In this document: in pieces, positions 50,697 through 60,535 of the stretch
Position numbering within the stretch: the stretch's first letter is position 1
Layout of the letters: each line of letters opens with the position of its first letter
Origin: an uncultured bacterium
GTDB lineage: Bacteria > Bacteroidota > Rhodothermia > Rhodothermales > UBA10348
Reading direction: 5' to 3'
Assembly: GCA_943788505.1 (NCBI GenBank)
Contig: CALSQR010000002.1
Span: 569,213-633,212, forward strand
Length of the DNA stretch: 64,000 bases
Position numbers and translations under genes: made by a program
Notes under the pieces: model-generated
Told to the model about the DNA's origin: nothing
The model's input: the letters and a program-made list of their open reading frames with translations, nothing else
The model's database searches: none

Positions 50697-51376
50697 AAAG
50701 TGGCGACGGTGGCGACAATGGCCCCGAATAGCCATATACGCCTATTCCGATATGTATACCAGGGTAGATCAGGGTAGCTTTGGACGATAAGTCGGGAACC
50801 CCTTCGGGAACCACTTCAAGCACCCATAAGAACTTCGGGGCGGGAACGACGAATCGAATCCAACGATCCTGAAAATACTCTGATCAGAAAACAGCGACTG
50901 CCTGTAGACCTGCTTTCCTAGCCACGAATTTCCACTATTGCGCGGCTGAAAAGAAGGAAAGCTTACAAGTTCTCACAAATTTCCGAGGTCACTCAAGAAG
51001 GTTTCGATCAATCGTTTGCTGGACTTATTCAAGTAAGCCCAGAACCCTACAATAATGATCGCGGTGTAAGCTTCCCTACAGTGGGCGAACTCGAATGGTG
51101 GAAAAACCCCTTACCTTCGAACCATGCTGAATTTCCGACTCAGTGAGACGAAGATCGTTTCCGTCCGCGTCCGCAATGCGCGCGGAGAAAAGGTCAACCC
51201 CCGCTGGAGCACCCTCCATCAAGAGAACCATCACCGTTCTCAATTTCATTGACGCATGTGTGACAATGTACACGGCAATCGTCCGTGAGATTGCCGGAAA
51301 GGACGCCAAAAATGATCTGGGTAACAGTTTTCCGATATTCAGCGGCAGGGCGATCAGCGTGTGGCGACTTGAGAGG

Positions 51377-51718
51377 CTACACGGCATCGTCACCTCTTTC
51401 ACCAGAAGATACGCGGACTGCATCCAGTACCGGCGTGACGTAGATCTTACCGTCCCCACGGAGACCCGTATGGGCCTCTCGTTGGATGATTTCAATGATC
51501 TCATCCACCATGCTGTCCTCGACCACGGTTTCGATCTTGACAACGGCGACGTAATCCACCAAGTCTTCGGTAAAGCTGTGGGGCACGTCTTGAGCCCGAC
51601 TACGGCCGAATCCTTTCATGTCGCAGATACTCACTCCCGTGAGCCCTTCAATGTGGTGAAAGGCACGCGTCACGGCGGAGAGCTTGTGTGGCTTGATGTA
51701 GGCTTGGATCTGTTTCAT
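51377..51718 (-). CDS. P-II family (GlnB-like) signal-transduction protein, czc-associated
   Basis: 113 aa closely matching GlnB-like motifs (IKPHKL, KGFGRSRAQ, GDGKIYVTPVLDAVRV..GE.GDDA). The stop overlaps the czcA start. Confidence 0.8.
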   Translation of the reverse strand: MKQIQAYIKPHKLSAVTRAFHHIEGLTGVSICDMKGFGRSRAQDVPHSFTEDLVDYVAVVKIETVVEDSMVDEIIEIIQREAHTGLRGDGKIYVTPVLDAVRVSSGERGDDAV

Positions 51719-54700
51719 GGTTTTCTAGTGACTTGAGTAATGGATTCGGATGGTGGGGGACCGTCGCTGAACCATCGGTAAAGTGCCGGCACGACCAGCA
51801 GCGTCAGCACGGTGGAGGTGACAAGGCCGCCGACCACGACGGTTGCCAAGGGGCGCTGGACTTCGCTTCCCGTCGTCGTGGAAAAGAGGAGCGGAATGAG
51901 TCCGAGCGCGGTAGTAACAGCCGTCATAAGGACCGGGCGCAGGCGCAGGAGGGCACCGTCCACACTTGCCCGGTCCATAGGCGTGCCGTCCCGAATGAGC
52001 TGGTTGAGGTAGGTGACCAGCACCATTCCATTTTCCAGCGCGATCCCGAATAAGGCAATGAACCCGACCGACGCGGGGACTGAAAGGTTCTGGCCCGTTA
52101 TCCAGAGCGCTACAATGCCGCCCACAAGCGCCAGCGGAATGTTGAGCATGATGAGCGCTGCGTTCTTCAGCGAGTTGAAACTCGCGTACAGCATGAGCAA
52201 CACGATCAGAAGCGTGATGGGCACGACCACCATGAGCCGCTTGTTGGCTTCCTGTTGCAACCGGAATTGCCCACCCCATGTGGTAAGATAACCGGTCGGG
52301 AGCTCCACCTCCGAACGGATGACCTTTTGGGCCTCCGCTACGAATGAGCCAATGTCCCTGCCCTCCACATTCAGCTGGACGGTAATGAAGCGCTGGTTGT
52401 CCTGCCTCGTGATTTGTCGCGGTCCGACGACCTCGACAATCGTGGCCAGCGCGCCCAGTGGGACGGTACCTCCTCCGGGGAGCGGAATGAGGAGATTGGA
52501 AATGGCCTCCGGCGTTGAGCGCGCCTCCTCTTCGAAGCGGACATAGATGGGGAATCGGCGGATGCCTTCAAAAATCTGACCAGCCTCGGCCCCTCCAATG
52601 GCCGTGGCCACGGTACGCTGCACATCCGCCACGTTGATACCGTACCGGGCGATGGCTTGGCGATCGATGTCAATTTGGAGCTGGGGCGTGCCCGTGATTT
52701 GATCGGCTTGAACGTCGGCGGCGCCTTCCACGGTGTTCAAGGCAGCTGCAATTTCATCCGCCTTTGATTTGAGCAGGTCGAGATCGTCGCCAAACAGTTT
52801 GATAGCAAGCTCGGCCTTTACACCCTCGAGGAGTTCATCCACCGTCATCTGGATCGGCTGGCTGAAGTTTGTCAATACGCCCGGCACCTCACCCAACTCG
52901 TCGCGAATGGCGGAGAGCAGTTCGGCTTGGTTGTCAAACCGCCACTCGTCTTCCGGCGATAGCACCAGGTATATTTCGGCGGAGTTGATGGGGTCGGCGT
53001 GTGCGCCCACTTCGCCGCGACCGATGCGACTGACGACATCCGTGATTTCAGGAATGGCCATCAAGCGGCGTTCCACACGCAGCGTGGTCGCTTTGCTCTC
53101 CGTGATCGAAATGGACGGCGCCATGGTCAATCGCATGACGATGGTCCCCTCCTGAAGGGTTGGCGTGAATTCACTCCCGAGCTGCGGGAAGACGACGGCG
53201 CCGACTACAAGGAGCCCGGCAGCGAGGCCGACAGCCCAAGACCGGTGCCGGACAAAGGTGGCCACGATGGGGCGGTACCAGCCCGTAATCCGGTCCAGCA
53301 GTCGGTTGGCCAAGGGTTCCTTTCCGGGCTTTCCGTTGCTGGACTGCGTCTGTGGGGAGCGCATGAAGAAATGCGAGAGTACCGGGGCCAGCACAATCGC
53401 ATACACGAGCGATCCCAGCATGGCCAGCGCGACCGTGTAGGCCAACGGCCGAAAGGTCTTACCCTCGACGCCCTGCAGTGTGAAGAGAGGCAGGAATACA
53501 ACGATGATAATGAGCACGGCGAATGCCACGGGTCGTGCTACTTCGGCACAGGCCCGCGCCACGACGTGTACGCGGGGCTCTTCCGGACCGGCCTCTTTGA
53601 GCATCCTGTCCACGTTTTCAACCATGACAATGGCCCCGTCCACCATCATTCCGATGGCGATGGCCAAGCCTCCAAGGCTCATGAGGTTCGCCGATATGTT
53701 GAACTGCCCCATGAAGATGGCCGCAAACAGGACCGAGAACGGAATGGCAAGGGCGACCACGACGCTCGGACGCCACGAACCCATGAAAGCCACCAGAACC
53801 AGAAGAACCAGGAGAATTCCCTGCCAGAGCGCGGTTGTGACCGTCGCGACGGCAGCCTCCACGAGCGTTTTCTGCTCGTAGTAGGGGACGATGTTGACGC
53901 CCTCGGGAAGCGCCTCGTTGATGGCAGCGAGTCTGGTCTCGACACGGCCAATGACGGTCGAGGAATTGGTGCCATACAGCTTGACGACCATACCCGAGAC
54001 GACTTCTTCAACGCCGCCGCGTGTCTGCAGGCCGCGCCGGATGGCGCCGCCAACCTGGACGGTGGCCACATCTTTCACGAAAACCGGCGTGCCGTCGGCC
54101 GTTCTGACCACAACGTTTTCGAGGTCGGTTATGCCAGTGGCGAGTCCGACGGATCGGACCACGAACTGCTCCGCATTCTGCTCGATGTACTGCGCGCCAA
54201 CATTGAGATTGTTTTCCTCGAGCGCATGTGTCACCTCTGCCAGCGTGACGCGGTACTGGAGTAGGGCCTCCGGCCGGACCACGACCTGGAATTGCCGCTC
54301 GTATCCCCCGATTCCAAGGACCTCTGTCACCCCAGGAACGGTCTGGAGACTCGTTTTCACGATCCAGTCCTGCATCGTGCGCAGTTCCTCGAGCGAATAT
54401 TGGCCTGTCGTATCGTCCAGATAGTAGAACAGGACCAGGCCCATTCCAGTCGAAATCGGTCCCATTTCGGGCTCGCCGAACCCGGGAGGGATGGTCTCAC
54501 GCGCCTCGTTGAGCCGCTCTCCGACGAGTTGGCGGGCGAAGTAAATGTCCGTTCCGTCTTCGAAATAGACGTTGACGACGGACAGGCCGAAGTTCGAAAC
54601 AGAGCGGACCTGCTCCACATTGGGAAGCCCGTTCATGGCGGTCTCGACGGGATACGTCACGTAACGCTCAACTTCCGCGGGGGCGAGGCCTTCCGTGACG

Positions 54701-54888
54701 GTAAAGACCTGGACGAGAGAGGGAGAAACGTCAGGAAAGGCGTCGATCGGGAGGCCCCGATACGTCCACCAACCGGCGACAATAACGATGGCACCGAGGA
54801 CGAGCACGAGGAGCTTGCTCTGCAGCGTAAATTGGATAATTTTGTTCATATCAGTGGGCATGGCCTCCTTCCAATTCGCTCTTACCAA
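51715..54888 (-). CDS. czcA: Heavy-metal efflux RND transporter, CzcA/CusA family
   Basis: 1057 aa, 12 TM and two large periplasmic loops, with typical HME-RND segments (AIGMMVDGAIVMVEN, LALENGMVLV). Confidence 0.9.
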   Translation of the reverse strand: MVRANWKEAMPTDMNKIIQFTLQSKLLVLVLGAIVIVAGWWTYRGLPIDAFPDVSPSLVQVFTVTEGLAPAEVERYVTYPVETAMNGLPNVEQVRSVSNFGLSVVNVYFEDGTDIYFARQLVGERLNEARETIPPGFGEPEMGPISTGMGLVLFYYLDDTTGQYSLEELRTMQDWIVKTSLQTVPGVTEVLGIGGYERQFQVVVRPEALLQYRVTLAEVTHALEENNLNVGAQYIEQNAEQFVVRSVGLATGITDLENVVVRTADGTPVFVKDVATVQVGGAIRRGLQTRGGVEEVVSGMVVKLYGTNSSTVIGRVETRLAAINEALPEGVNIVPYYEQKTLVEAAVATVTTALWQGILLVLLVLVAFMGSWRPSVVVALAIPFSVLFAAIFMGQFNISANLMSLGGLAIAIGMMVDGAIVMVENVDRMLKEAGPEEPRVHVVARACAEVARPVAFAVLIIIVVFLPLFTLQGVEGKTFRPLAYTVALAMLGSLVYAIVLAPVLSHFFMRSPQTQSSNGKPGKEPLANRLLDRITGWYRPIVATFVRHRSWAVGLAAGLLVVGAVVFPQLGSEFTPTLQEGTIVMRLTMAPSISITESKATTLRVERRLMAIPEITDVVSRIGRGEVGAHADPINSAEIYLVLSPEDEWRFDNQAELLSAIRDELGEVPGVLTNFSQPIQMTVDELLEGVKAELAIKLFGDDLDLLKSKADEIAAALNTVEGAADVQADQITGTPQLQIDIDRQAIARYGINVADVQRTVATAIGGAEAGQIFEGIRRFPIYVRFEEEARSTPEAISNLLIPLPGGGTVPLGALATIVEVVGPRQITRQDNQRFITVQLNVEGRDIGSFVAEAQKVIRSEVELPTGYLTTWGGQFRLQQEANKRLMVVVPITLLIVLLMLYASFNSLKNAALIMLNIPLALVGGIVALWITGQNLSVPASVGFIALFGIALENGMVLVTYLNQLIRDGTPMDRASVDGALLRLRPVLMTAVTTALGLIPLLFSTTTGSEVQRPLATVVVGGLVTSTVLTLLVVPALYRWFSDGPPPSESITQVTRKP

Positions 54889-56107
54889 GCTCCGCCTTCA
54901 GCGCAAACACCCCGGAGGCGACGTAGCGCTCGCCTGGCTCCAGGCCACTTGAAATGGCCACCTGACCACCCGCGCGGTCGCCTGCTTGGACAGCACGCGG
55001 CTTGAACCCTTCCTCTGTCTGCACGAATACGACGGTCCTGCCCTCGACATCGACCAGCGCCGTGGCAGGGATCAACACGGCTACCTCAACGGCATTGATG
55101 GTCAGTAGACCGGTCACGAACTGACCGGGTCGCAGTCTGCCGGCTGGATTCGGGACAACGGTGCGGGCAATGGCTGTTCGGGTCTCCTCCCCGACTATGG
55201 GGCGGACATAGGAGATGGTTCCGCGAGTGCGGGGCTGCCCCGCACCGGCGTCAATGACAACTTCCTGACCCTCCCGGACGGTACCCAGATCCCGCTGATA
55301 AACCGAGAGGTCAGCCCAGACGGTGGACAGATCGGCCACTTCGAACGCCTCGGTGGCAGCTTCGACGGCCTCCCCGACTACGATGTGTTTCTCGATTACG
55401 CTTCCCGAAATGGGAGCGGTAAGGGGGTAGGCCACCAAGCTGCGTTCTTCTTCGCGAGGCAACGCTTCGATGTAGTCATCAGAAAAACCCAGTGCAATGA
55501 GTTTTTGACGCGCGGACCGCGTCCGGATACGCGCTTCGGCGTTCGCTTGTCGGGCTTCCAGGAAGTCGGCCTCGGAGGTGATTTCCTGATTATACAGTCG
55601 TTCTTCCCGCTCGAATGACGCGCGGGCCAGTTCCTGACGTTCGATTGCCGCGAGATAGTCCGCCTTGAGGTCTGCCAGCTCCCGGCTCTCAATGACCGCC
55701 ATGGTTTGACCGGCCTGGACATAGCTGCCCACGTTCGCACTTACGCTCCTGACAACGCCGGAAACGCGAGGGGTAACATGGGCATACCGGTCTTCGTTGG
55801 CACGTATTTCACCAGGAAGATTCTTCTCGACCGACATGGTGCCCGGTCCGGCTGTTTGGACATCAATCCCGAACTCCTCGATCTCCTCGGCGGTCAGCGT
55901 GACGAGATCTACTGCCTCGCCCGTTCCTTCGCCCGCCTGTTCGACTATCGGGACAGCAATCCTGTTTTCTGCGGTCCCGTACGGGCCGGGCGCAAGCCAC
56001 CAGACGACAAGGACGATTGCCAACAGTCCGATTCCCGTGGCGACCAGCTTCGCCCGACGGCTCATGGACTTCAGTTGGGTTATGGTGTTCTTGGTATTCA
56101 TGGTCAA
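54851..56107 (-). CDS. czcB: RND efflux membrane-fusion (periplasmic adaptor) protein, CzcB-like
   Basis: N-terminal TM helix, coiled-coil and beta-barrel MFP architecture. The gene overlaps the czcA start. Confidence 0.8.
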   Translation of the reverse strand: MTMNTKNTITQLKSMSRRAKLVATGIGLLAIVLVVWWLAPGPYGTAENRIAVPIVEQAGEGTGEAVDLVTLTAEEIEEFGIDVQTAGPGTMSVEKNLPGEIRANEDRYAHVTPRVSGVVRSVSANVGSYVQAGQTMAVIESRELADLKADYLAAIERQELARASFEREERLYNQEITSEADFLEARQANAEARIRTRSARQKLIALGFSDDYIEALPREEERSLVAYPLTAPISGSVIEKHIVVGEAVEAATEAFEVADLSTVWADLSVYQRDLGTVREGQEVVIDAGAGQPRTRGTISYVRPIVGEETRTAIARTVVPNPAGRLRPGQFVTGLLTINAVEVAVLIPATALVDVEGRTVVFVQTEEGFKPRAVQAGDRAGGQVAISSGLEPGERYVASGVFALKAELGKSELEGGHAH

Positions 56108-57474
56108 TTCTGGTTCGGGAGGATGCTACGAAGGGCATCTTCCACGGCGTGGATAGGGGTGGCAATAAGCCGCTCGACAGCTGCGCGCGCCTGGTGATAG
56201 TCTGCCAAGGCGTCGATGTAGGCGTTCTGCGTCTCGATGAGGGCACTCTGTGCGTCAAGTACGTTGAGCAGGTCGAACTCTCCTTCGTGGTAGCCCGTGA
56301 GGATGCCTTCAGAAGCTGCTCTGGCATTAGGAAGCGCATCGTCCCGCAGCATGCGCGCGGCATCGACCGACACAGCCAGCGTGCCGTAAAGGGTGGTGAG
56401 CTCCCACTCGGCACGCAGCAACGCCGATTCAGCGTCAGCTTCTACGGCCGAAATGCGTGCCTCGGCGGCCCGGATGGCACCTCTGTTCGTGTCGAGAAAG
56501 GGGATCGGAATCGAAATGCCCGATGTGACGGCGGCCTCTCCCACTTCATTGAAATAGGCTGCGCCGAAACGGAACGTGGGGTCCGGAATTCGGCTGGCGC
56601 GTTCCAAGCGGGCGTGTGCACGTGCCTCGTCAAGGATGGCGGCGTATTGCGCCAATTCCGGATTGAGTTGCAGGAGCGGGGTGAGTCTCTCGAGTTCTGG
56701 CACCGGGGCGAGCGTGGAGAGGTCCCCCTCCACGTCGATGGCAGCCGCTTCACCCCCGAAAGTGGAAGCGAGGCGGGCTCGGGCACTGAGCACGGCCCGG
56801 CGCGCGCGCTCAAGGACGGTCACGGCCGTCACGGCCGCAACGCGAGCCCGGCGAGCCTCTAGTGGAGAGACGGCTCCTTCGGCCGCTCGACGTTCAACCG
56901 CATCGGCCAGCCGTCTGGCAATCTCTCCCTGCTCTTCTGCGAGAGCAAGCCGCGCTTCTGCCGCCAACACGGACGTGAAAGCCTGACGGACCTCCGTGAC
57001 GACATTTAGCCGCGTCGATTCGACGTCCCACGCGGCACGGTCCGAGCTGCGCGCGGCCACATCGGCGCGGGCGCGACGGTCGCCGCCCAGCTCCAATGTT
57101 TGTGAGAATCCTCCGCCGACTTCCAGTGACTGGACGCCTGACCGCGATCCACTACCGCCAAACTCATGGACCCCGGCTTCCAGCTCCGGGTTGGGCGGCC
57201 GGCCCGCCTGGTAGGCGTCGTGTTCCCGGGCTTGCAGTTCGAAGGAAGCGGACCGGAGGGTCGGATTGTGTTGGATGGCGAGGGCGACTGCCTCGGCCAG
57301 GGTGAGCGGGCCTTCCAGCGTGACCGGGTCGTCGATACTCTCCACCGGGTGCGCGGAAATGAGGGGACGGGGCTCCGGATAGGAGGCGTTGTACGAGGAT
57401 GCGCAGCCAGCAGACATGCCAGCCAGCACAACCAGGACCGACGCAAGCGTCGGCCCGACAGGGTTGCGGATCAT
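56104..57474 (-). CDS. czcC: Outer-membrane efflux protein, TolC/CzcC family (lipoprotein)
   Basis: Lipobox (LAGMSAGC) and two long helical repeats typical of OEP. The gene overlaps the czcB start. Confidence 0.75.
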   Translation of the reverse strand: MIRNPVGPTLASVLVVLAGMSAGCASSYNASYPEPRPLISAHPVESIDDPVTLEGPLTLAEAVALAIQHNPTLRSASFELQAREHDAYQAGRPPNPELEAGVHEFGGSGSRSGVQSLEVGGGFSQTLELGGDRRARADVAARSSDRAAWDVESTRLNVVTEVRQAFTSVLAAEARLALAEEQGEIARRLADAVERRAAEGAVSPLEARRARVAAVTAVTVLERARRAVLSARARLASTFGGEAAAIDVEGDLSTLAPVPELERLTPLLQLNPELAQYAAILDEARAHARLERASRIPDPTFRFGAAYFNEVGEAAVTSGISIPIPFLDTNRGAIRAAEARISAVEADAESALLRAEWELTTLYGTLAVSVDAARMLRDDALPNARAASEGILTGYHEGEFDLLNVLDAQSALIETQNAYIDALADYHQARAAVERLIATPIHAVEDALRSILPNQN

Positions 57475-57561
57475 AGGACTTGTATTCTTGATCGTGTATG
57501 ATTCCGCCAGGAACGCTCACGAACGTGAGCGCCAGACGGATGAACGGGGATCAAGAAAGGC

Positions 57562-57921
57562 TCAGATCAGCAAGACGACGCTGCGATGGAGCGGGGTTTG
57601 TCCGTACGTCGCAGGAGGCGCGGTACGGGCTGGGGGAAGGGAATGAACCGGGGCCGGGAGGTACTCCGCGACCGCGATGATTGCAAACGATGCAGGACCA
57701 CTTTCCGTCTTGAACGAGCTGCACTTGGCATCATTGCCCGTCGGAATGGGTACATCCACGCAGTCTTCTGCATGTTCGATTTCCGCTTCCACATGCCCGT
57801 CCATCCCGAAACAAAGCACGACGTTGCTGACGTGCGGCCCGAGGGGGGCGAGCGTCATAAGCGCCATCAGCAGCCAGGCTACTGGGGCCAAACGCGCCTT
57901 GATGGTCTGGATATGGGGCAT
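57562..57921 (-). CDS. Small secreted His/Cys-containing protein (possible periplasmic metal-binding), first gene of czc operon
   Basis: Start placed at MPHIQ..., giving a signal peptide. Contains HVSNVVLCFGMDGHVEAEIEHAEDC. Confidence 0.3.
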   Translation of the reverse strand: MPHIQTIKARLAPVAWLLMALMTLAPLGPHVSNVVLCFGMDGHVEAEIEHAEDCVDVPIPTGNDAKCSSFKTESGPASFAIIAVAEYLPAPVHSLPPARTAPPATYGQTPLHRSVVLLI

Positions 57922-58196
57922 GAAAAGGACGGGTGGTCTGGGTAGTCGGTCACACCGACGATCCCCTTGGTAGCGTTTCCATGGAGCAAAGTTCCTGTGT
58001 TCGCGTTTCCGTGACATCCGGCAGCGGCGCCTGCCAGCAGTCAGCAGTCAGCTGAGAGTGTTTTTCACCGTATTGCATTGTACTGGATTCATATGGATGC
58101 ATATTCCGCTGTTCCTGTCCACCCATTCTGATCCAACAGTTCTAGTAATTCCGACTGTTTGTTACCAGGACGCAGCATGTTGATGATGTTGGAGCT

Positions 58197-58337
58197 TCAG
58201 GATTTCTCCTGGATCGATTCAGGTTTCACGCCATTGCGTTTTCGAAGCGAATCGTGATTGAGCGTAATTCGGTTTGCGTTGTGTACGAGTCGATCCAAGA
58301 TGGCGTCTGCCATTGTGGCATCACCTATTGCAGTGTG
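58197..58337 (-). pseudogene. IstB-like (IS21 helper ATPase) C-terminal fragment
   Basis: The minus-frame translation ...[34 protein letters not shown]...* matches the IstB C-terminus (ILDRLLHH...I.G.SYRLK). No upstream ATPase core is present. Confidence 0.45.
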
Positions 58338-58453
58338 TCATCCTGCAACTGTCTTTCGTTGAGAATTGTGACGACGCCCATATTGAACACGAGACCCAGA
58401 GCGTATCCTCCGGCCTTTCCTACGCATTGAGCTCCTCCCGTTAATTTACCCAG

Positions 58454-58663
58454 TCAGAAGTAGAGAATCGGGCGTCTTTCGGTGATATTCGTGGGCATAT
58501 GCTGATATGGCTTGGACTCTTTCAGGGGCTGTAGCTCGTCCAGCCGCTTGATGAACAGCAGATAGGTCAACTGTTCGATGACCGACAGCGGGTTCGAGAT
58601 GCCGCCAGACCACATCGTGTCCCATATGCGGTCGACCTTGGATTTGAGTTCGCCTGTGATCAT
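58454..58663 (-). pseudogene. N-terminal fragment of a type I R-M HsdM-like / N6-adenine DNA methyltransferase
   Basis: 69 aa reading ELKSKVDRIWDTMWSGGISNPLSVIEQLTYLLFIKRLDE, which fits the HsdM N-terminal domain. The ORF stops before any catalytic domain. Confidence 0.5.
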
Positions 58664-58927
58664 GCGTTTCTGTCGTTTGGAAGGGCCTGATACTTATGAA
58701 TGACGATAAGACCTGATTTCTCAACGCTCATTGTTGATCAAGGTAACACCGCCTGCGTCACTGATTTCGTCTCGAGAAATCTTGGGAAGGGCGTGTCCCC
58801 TGCGACCCCGGACGGGTAGCTACCCATAATGATCATAGAAGGTGGAAGTATACAAACCAGCTGCGTCCGCTCGCTACTCAGCGACCGCCTTCCGCGGACA
58901 GTAGCCCCAGACACGTAGGGAATTAAA

Positions 58928-59401
58928 GTGTCTGAATCTTACCGGCCCGTACCGGGCCATTCACATTACATCGTGTCCAATTCCGGCATCGTACAGAGCT
59001 TACCAAGGGAAATCAGAACGATCCACGGGGTTACCCGAAAACTCCACGGCAAAGTGCTGTCTCCAAGTCAAACTCAAGACGGATACAGAAAGGTCGCCAT
59101 TTGCGGTATGGGGAAGTCACGAACTCTCTATGTTCACTTTCTTGTAGCTATGGCCTGGCTTGGTCCTCCACCAGGCCCAGTTGGCTGTCGCCGGGGTGAA
59201 TACCAAGTCCATCACATCAACGGCGCTCGAACGGATAACAGAGTCGTCAATCTCCAGTGGATCCTGGTCGAGGATCACCATCGATTGCCTCGACGGAAGC
59301 GAATGAAAGGGTCGGAGACTTTAAAACCTCAGGCTCAAGATCGCAAACCGATTCAAGGACACGAACGTGCTTCCAGGTCACGCCCGCAATCACATCTTTA
59401 A
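58928..59401 (+). CDS. HNH homing-type endonuclease (NUMOD4 + HNH_3), probably C-terminally disrupted
   Basis: YIVSNSGIVQSL...GYRKV (NUMOD4-like) and HHINGARTDNRVVNLQWI (HNH). The sequence after about 59270 is low-complexity and basic, which is atypical. Confidence 0.65.
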   Translation: MSESYRPVPGHSHYIVSNSGIVQSLPREIRTIHGVTRKLHGKVLSPSQTQDGYRKVAICGMGKSRTLYVHFLVAMAWLGPPPGPVGCRRGEYQVHHINGARTDNRVVNLQWILVEDHHRLPRRKRMKGSETLKPQAQDRKPIQGHERASRSRPQSHL

Positions 59402-59549
59402 CCGTCCGAATATGGATGTCGAATTCAATTGCGAGGTCTTGATTGGAAGTCCCTTGCGATGCCTTTCTGCGGAGATCTTGGACTCGAGGCTCGTTAAGTT
59501 TGGATCTGCCATTTTGAGATCCTGTCGGGATGTATCGGGATTTCTGCAC
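59364..59549 (-). pseudogene. HNH-endonuclease C-terminal HTH-tail fragment in inverted orientation
   Basis: Minus-strand translation GSQNGRSKLNEPRVQDLRRKASQGTSNQDLAIEFDIHIRTVKDVIAGVTWKHV matches the usual tail after an HNH motif. It is bounded upstream by a stop codon and starts at GTG. Confidence 0.45.
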
Positions 59550-59763
59550 TTAGGTCGTCCAATAGATGTGAAGGTGTGACTCCTATTATGCGATGCGAAT
59601 AGCTTGGCGATATCGTTTCGCCAGTTTTGACACTATTCGCCCCGATGCCACATCGCATATCCTTTGCGGCAAGAATCACCAGAGTATCAGTTTACACTGA
59701 CCCTACATAGTTCGTTACGCCCCCCCCCCCGGGGGTCAAAATCAACGAACTCCAATCATGTAC

Positions 59764-59796
59764 GAAGCCCCGACACCAAACAGGTGTCGGGGCTTC
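59764..59796. other. Perfect 14-bp stem-loop (terminator-like)
   Basis: gaagccccgacacc aaaca ggtgtcggggcttc followed by tgcatttctg. Confidence 0.4.
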
Positions 59797-59874
59797 TGCA
59801 TTTCTGCCCGGATTTACCGGGCAAGGCGGTGCTTGAACACTGCCATTTCAACCATCAAACGCATTTGAGGTGCG

Positions 59875-60440
59875 ATATGATGACTTCAACAAAGGTACGT
59901 CACGACCTATCAAACAGTGACGCCAAAGAGACTCAAGACGAATACACTCGCCGTCTTGTCACCGAGGCCAAGCTTTGGAGCAGCTATGCCCAGCGCAACA
60001 GCAACTTGGGTGCAAGCAGACTCAGCAACATGGCATTGGAAGCAACAGCCTTCTGTTTGAGACACAACGCCGCGTCGATTGCCATACCAACCAAGCTGGT
60101 TGGTACTAAATCTCTCCAGGAAGCGCTTGAGTCGCTTGTAATGGCTCAGGCGGCTCCATGGCGCCAATTAGAACTAACGGCGTCCAGAGGGCGCATAGAA
60201 GCCTATTACGAAGGCGTTCTCCTCGGCTGGCTATGGTCTGGCCACGTCTGGGTGTGGCCTCTTTTGACGGTAGGGATTGAAGCCAGGTTGATTGCAGTGA
60301 CGGGTACAGATGCCGACTGGAAGTGGCTCGGGTGCAATGTGGTCTTAACCAATGTGGCAAAGGCCATTGACGCCGTCACCGTACGAATGTCGACACAGGA
60401 GACAACCGACATAACTCACTTGAGCCGTGTGAAAGGATAG
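59875..60440 (+). CDS. Hypothetical protein (island cargo, upstream of RadC-like gene)
   Basis: 188 aa from MMTSTKV. The longer track ORF (59664) would run through a C11G5 homopolymer and the hairpin, so it was rejected. Confidence 0.3.
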
Positions 60441-60535
60441 GCGAACTGGTAGGCCAATCAATTTCAAAACAACCAGCCAATATGAAGGGCCGGGGTGCAA
60501 TGCATCTCGGCCCTTCTCCATTTAGGAGAATTACC

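Noticed and set aside
51076-51736. ORFs 51143-51736 (+) and 51076-51543 (-) overlapping the P-II gene
   Set aside because: They are antisense to or out of frame with a clearly conserved GlnB-like protein, in GC-rich DNA that generates long spurious frames.
51725-57520. Numerous 60-180-aa ORFs on both strands inside czcA/czcB/czcC
   Set aside because: They are Arg/Ala/Pro-rich translations typical of alternative frames of high-GC coding DNA. All are embedded in strongly conserved efflux genes.
59664-59874. Upstream extension of the 59875 ORF
   Set aside because: It would translate through the C11G5 tract and a perfect hairpin. It is Pro/Arg-rich and low-complexity.
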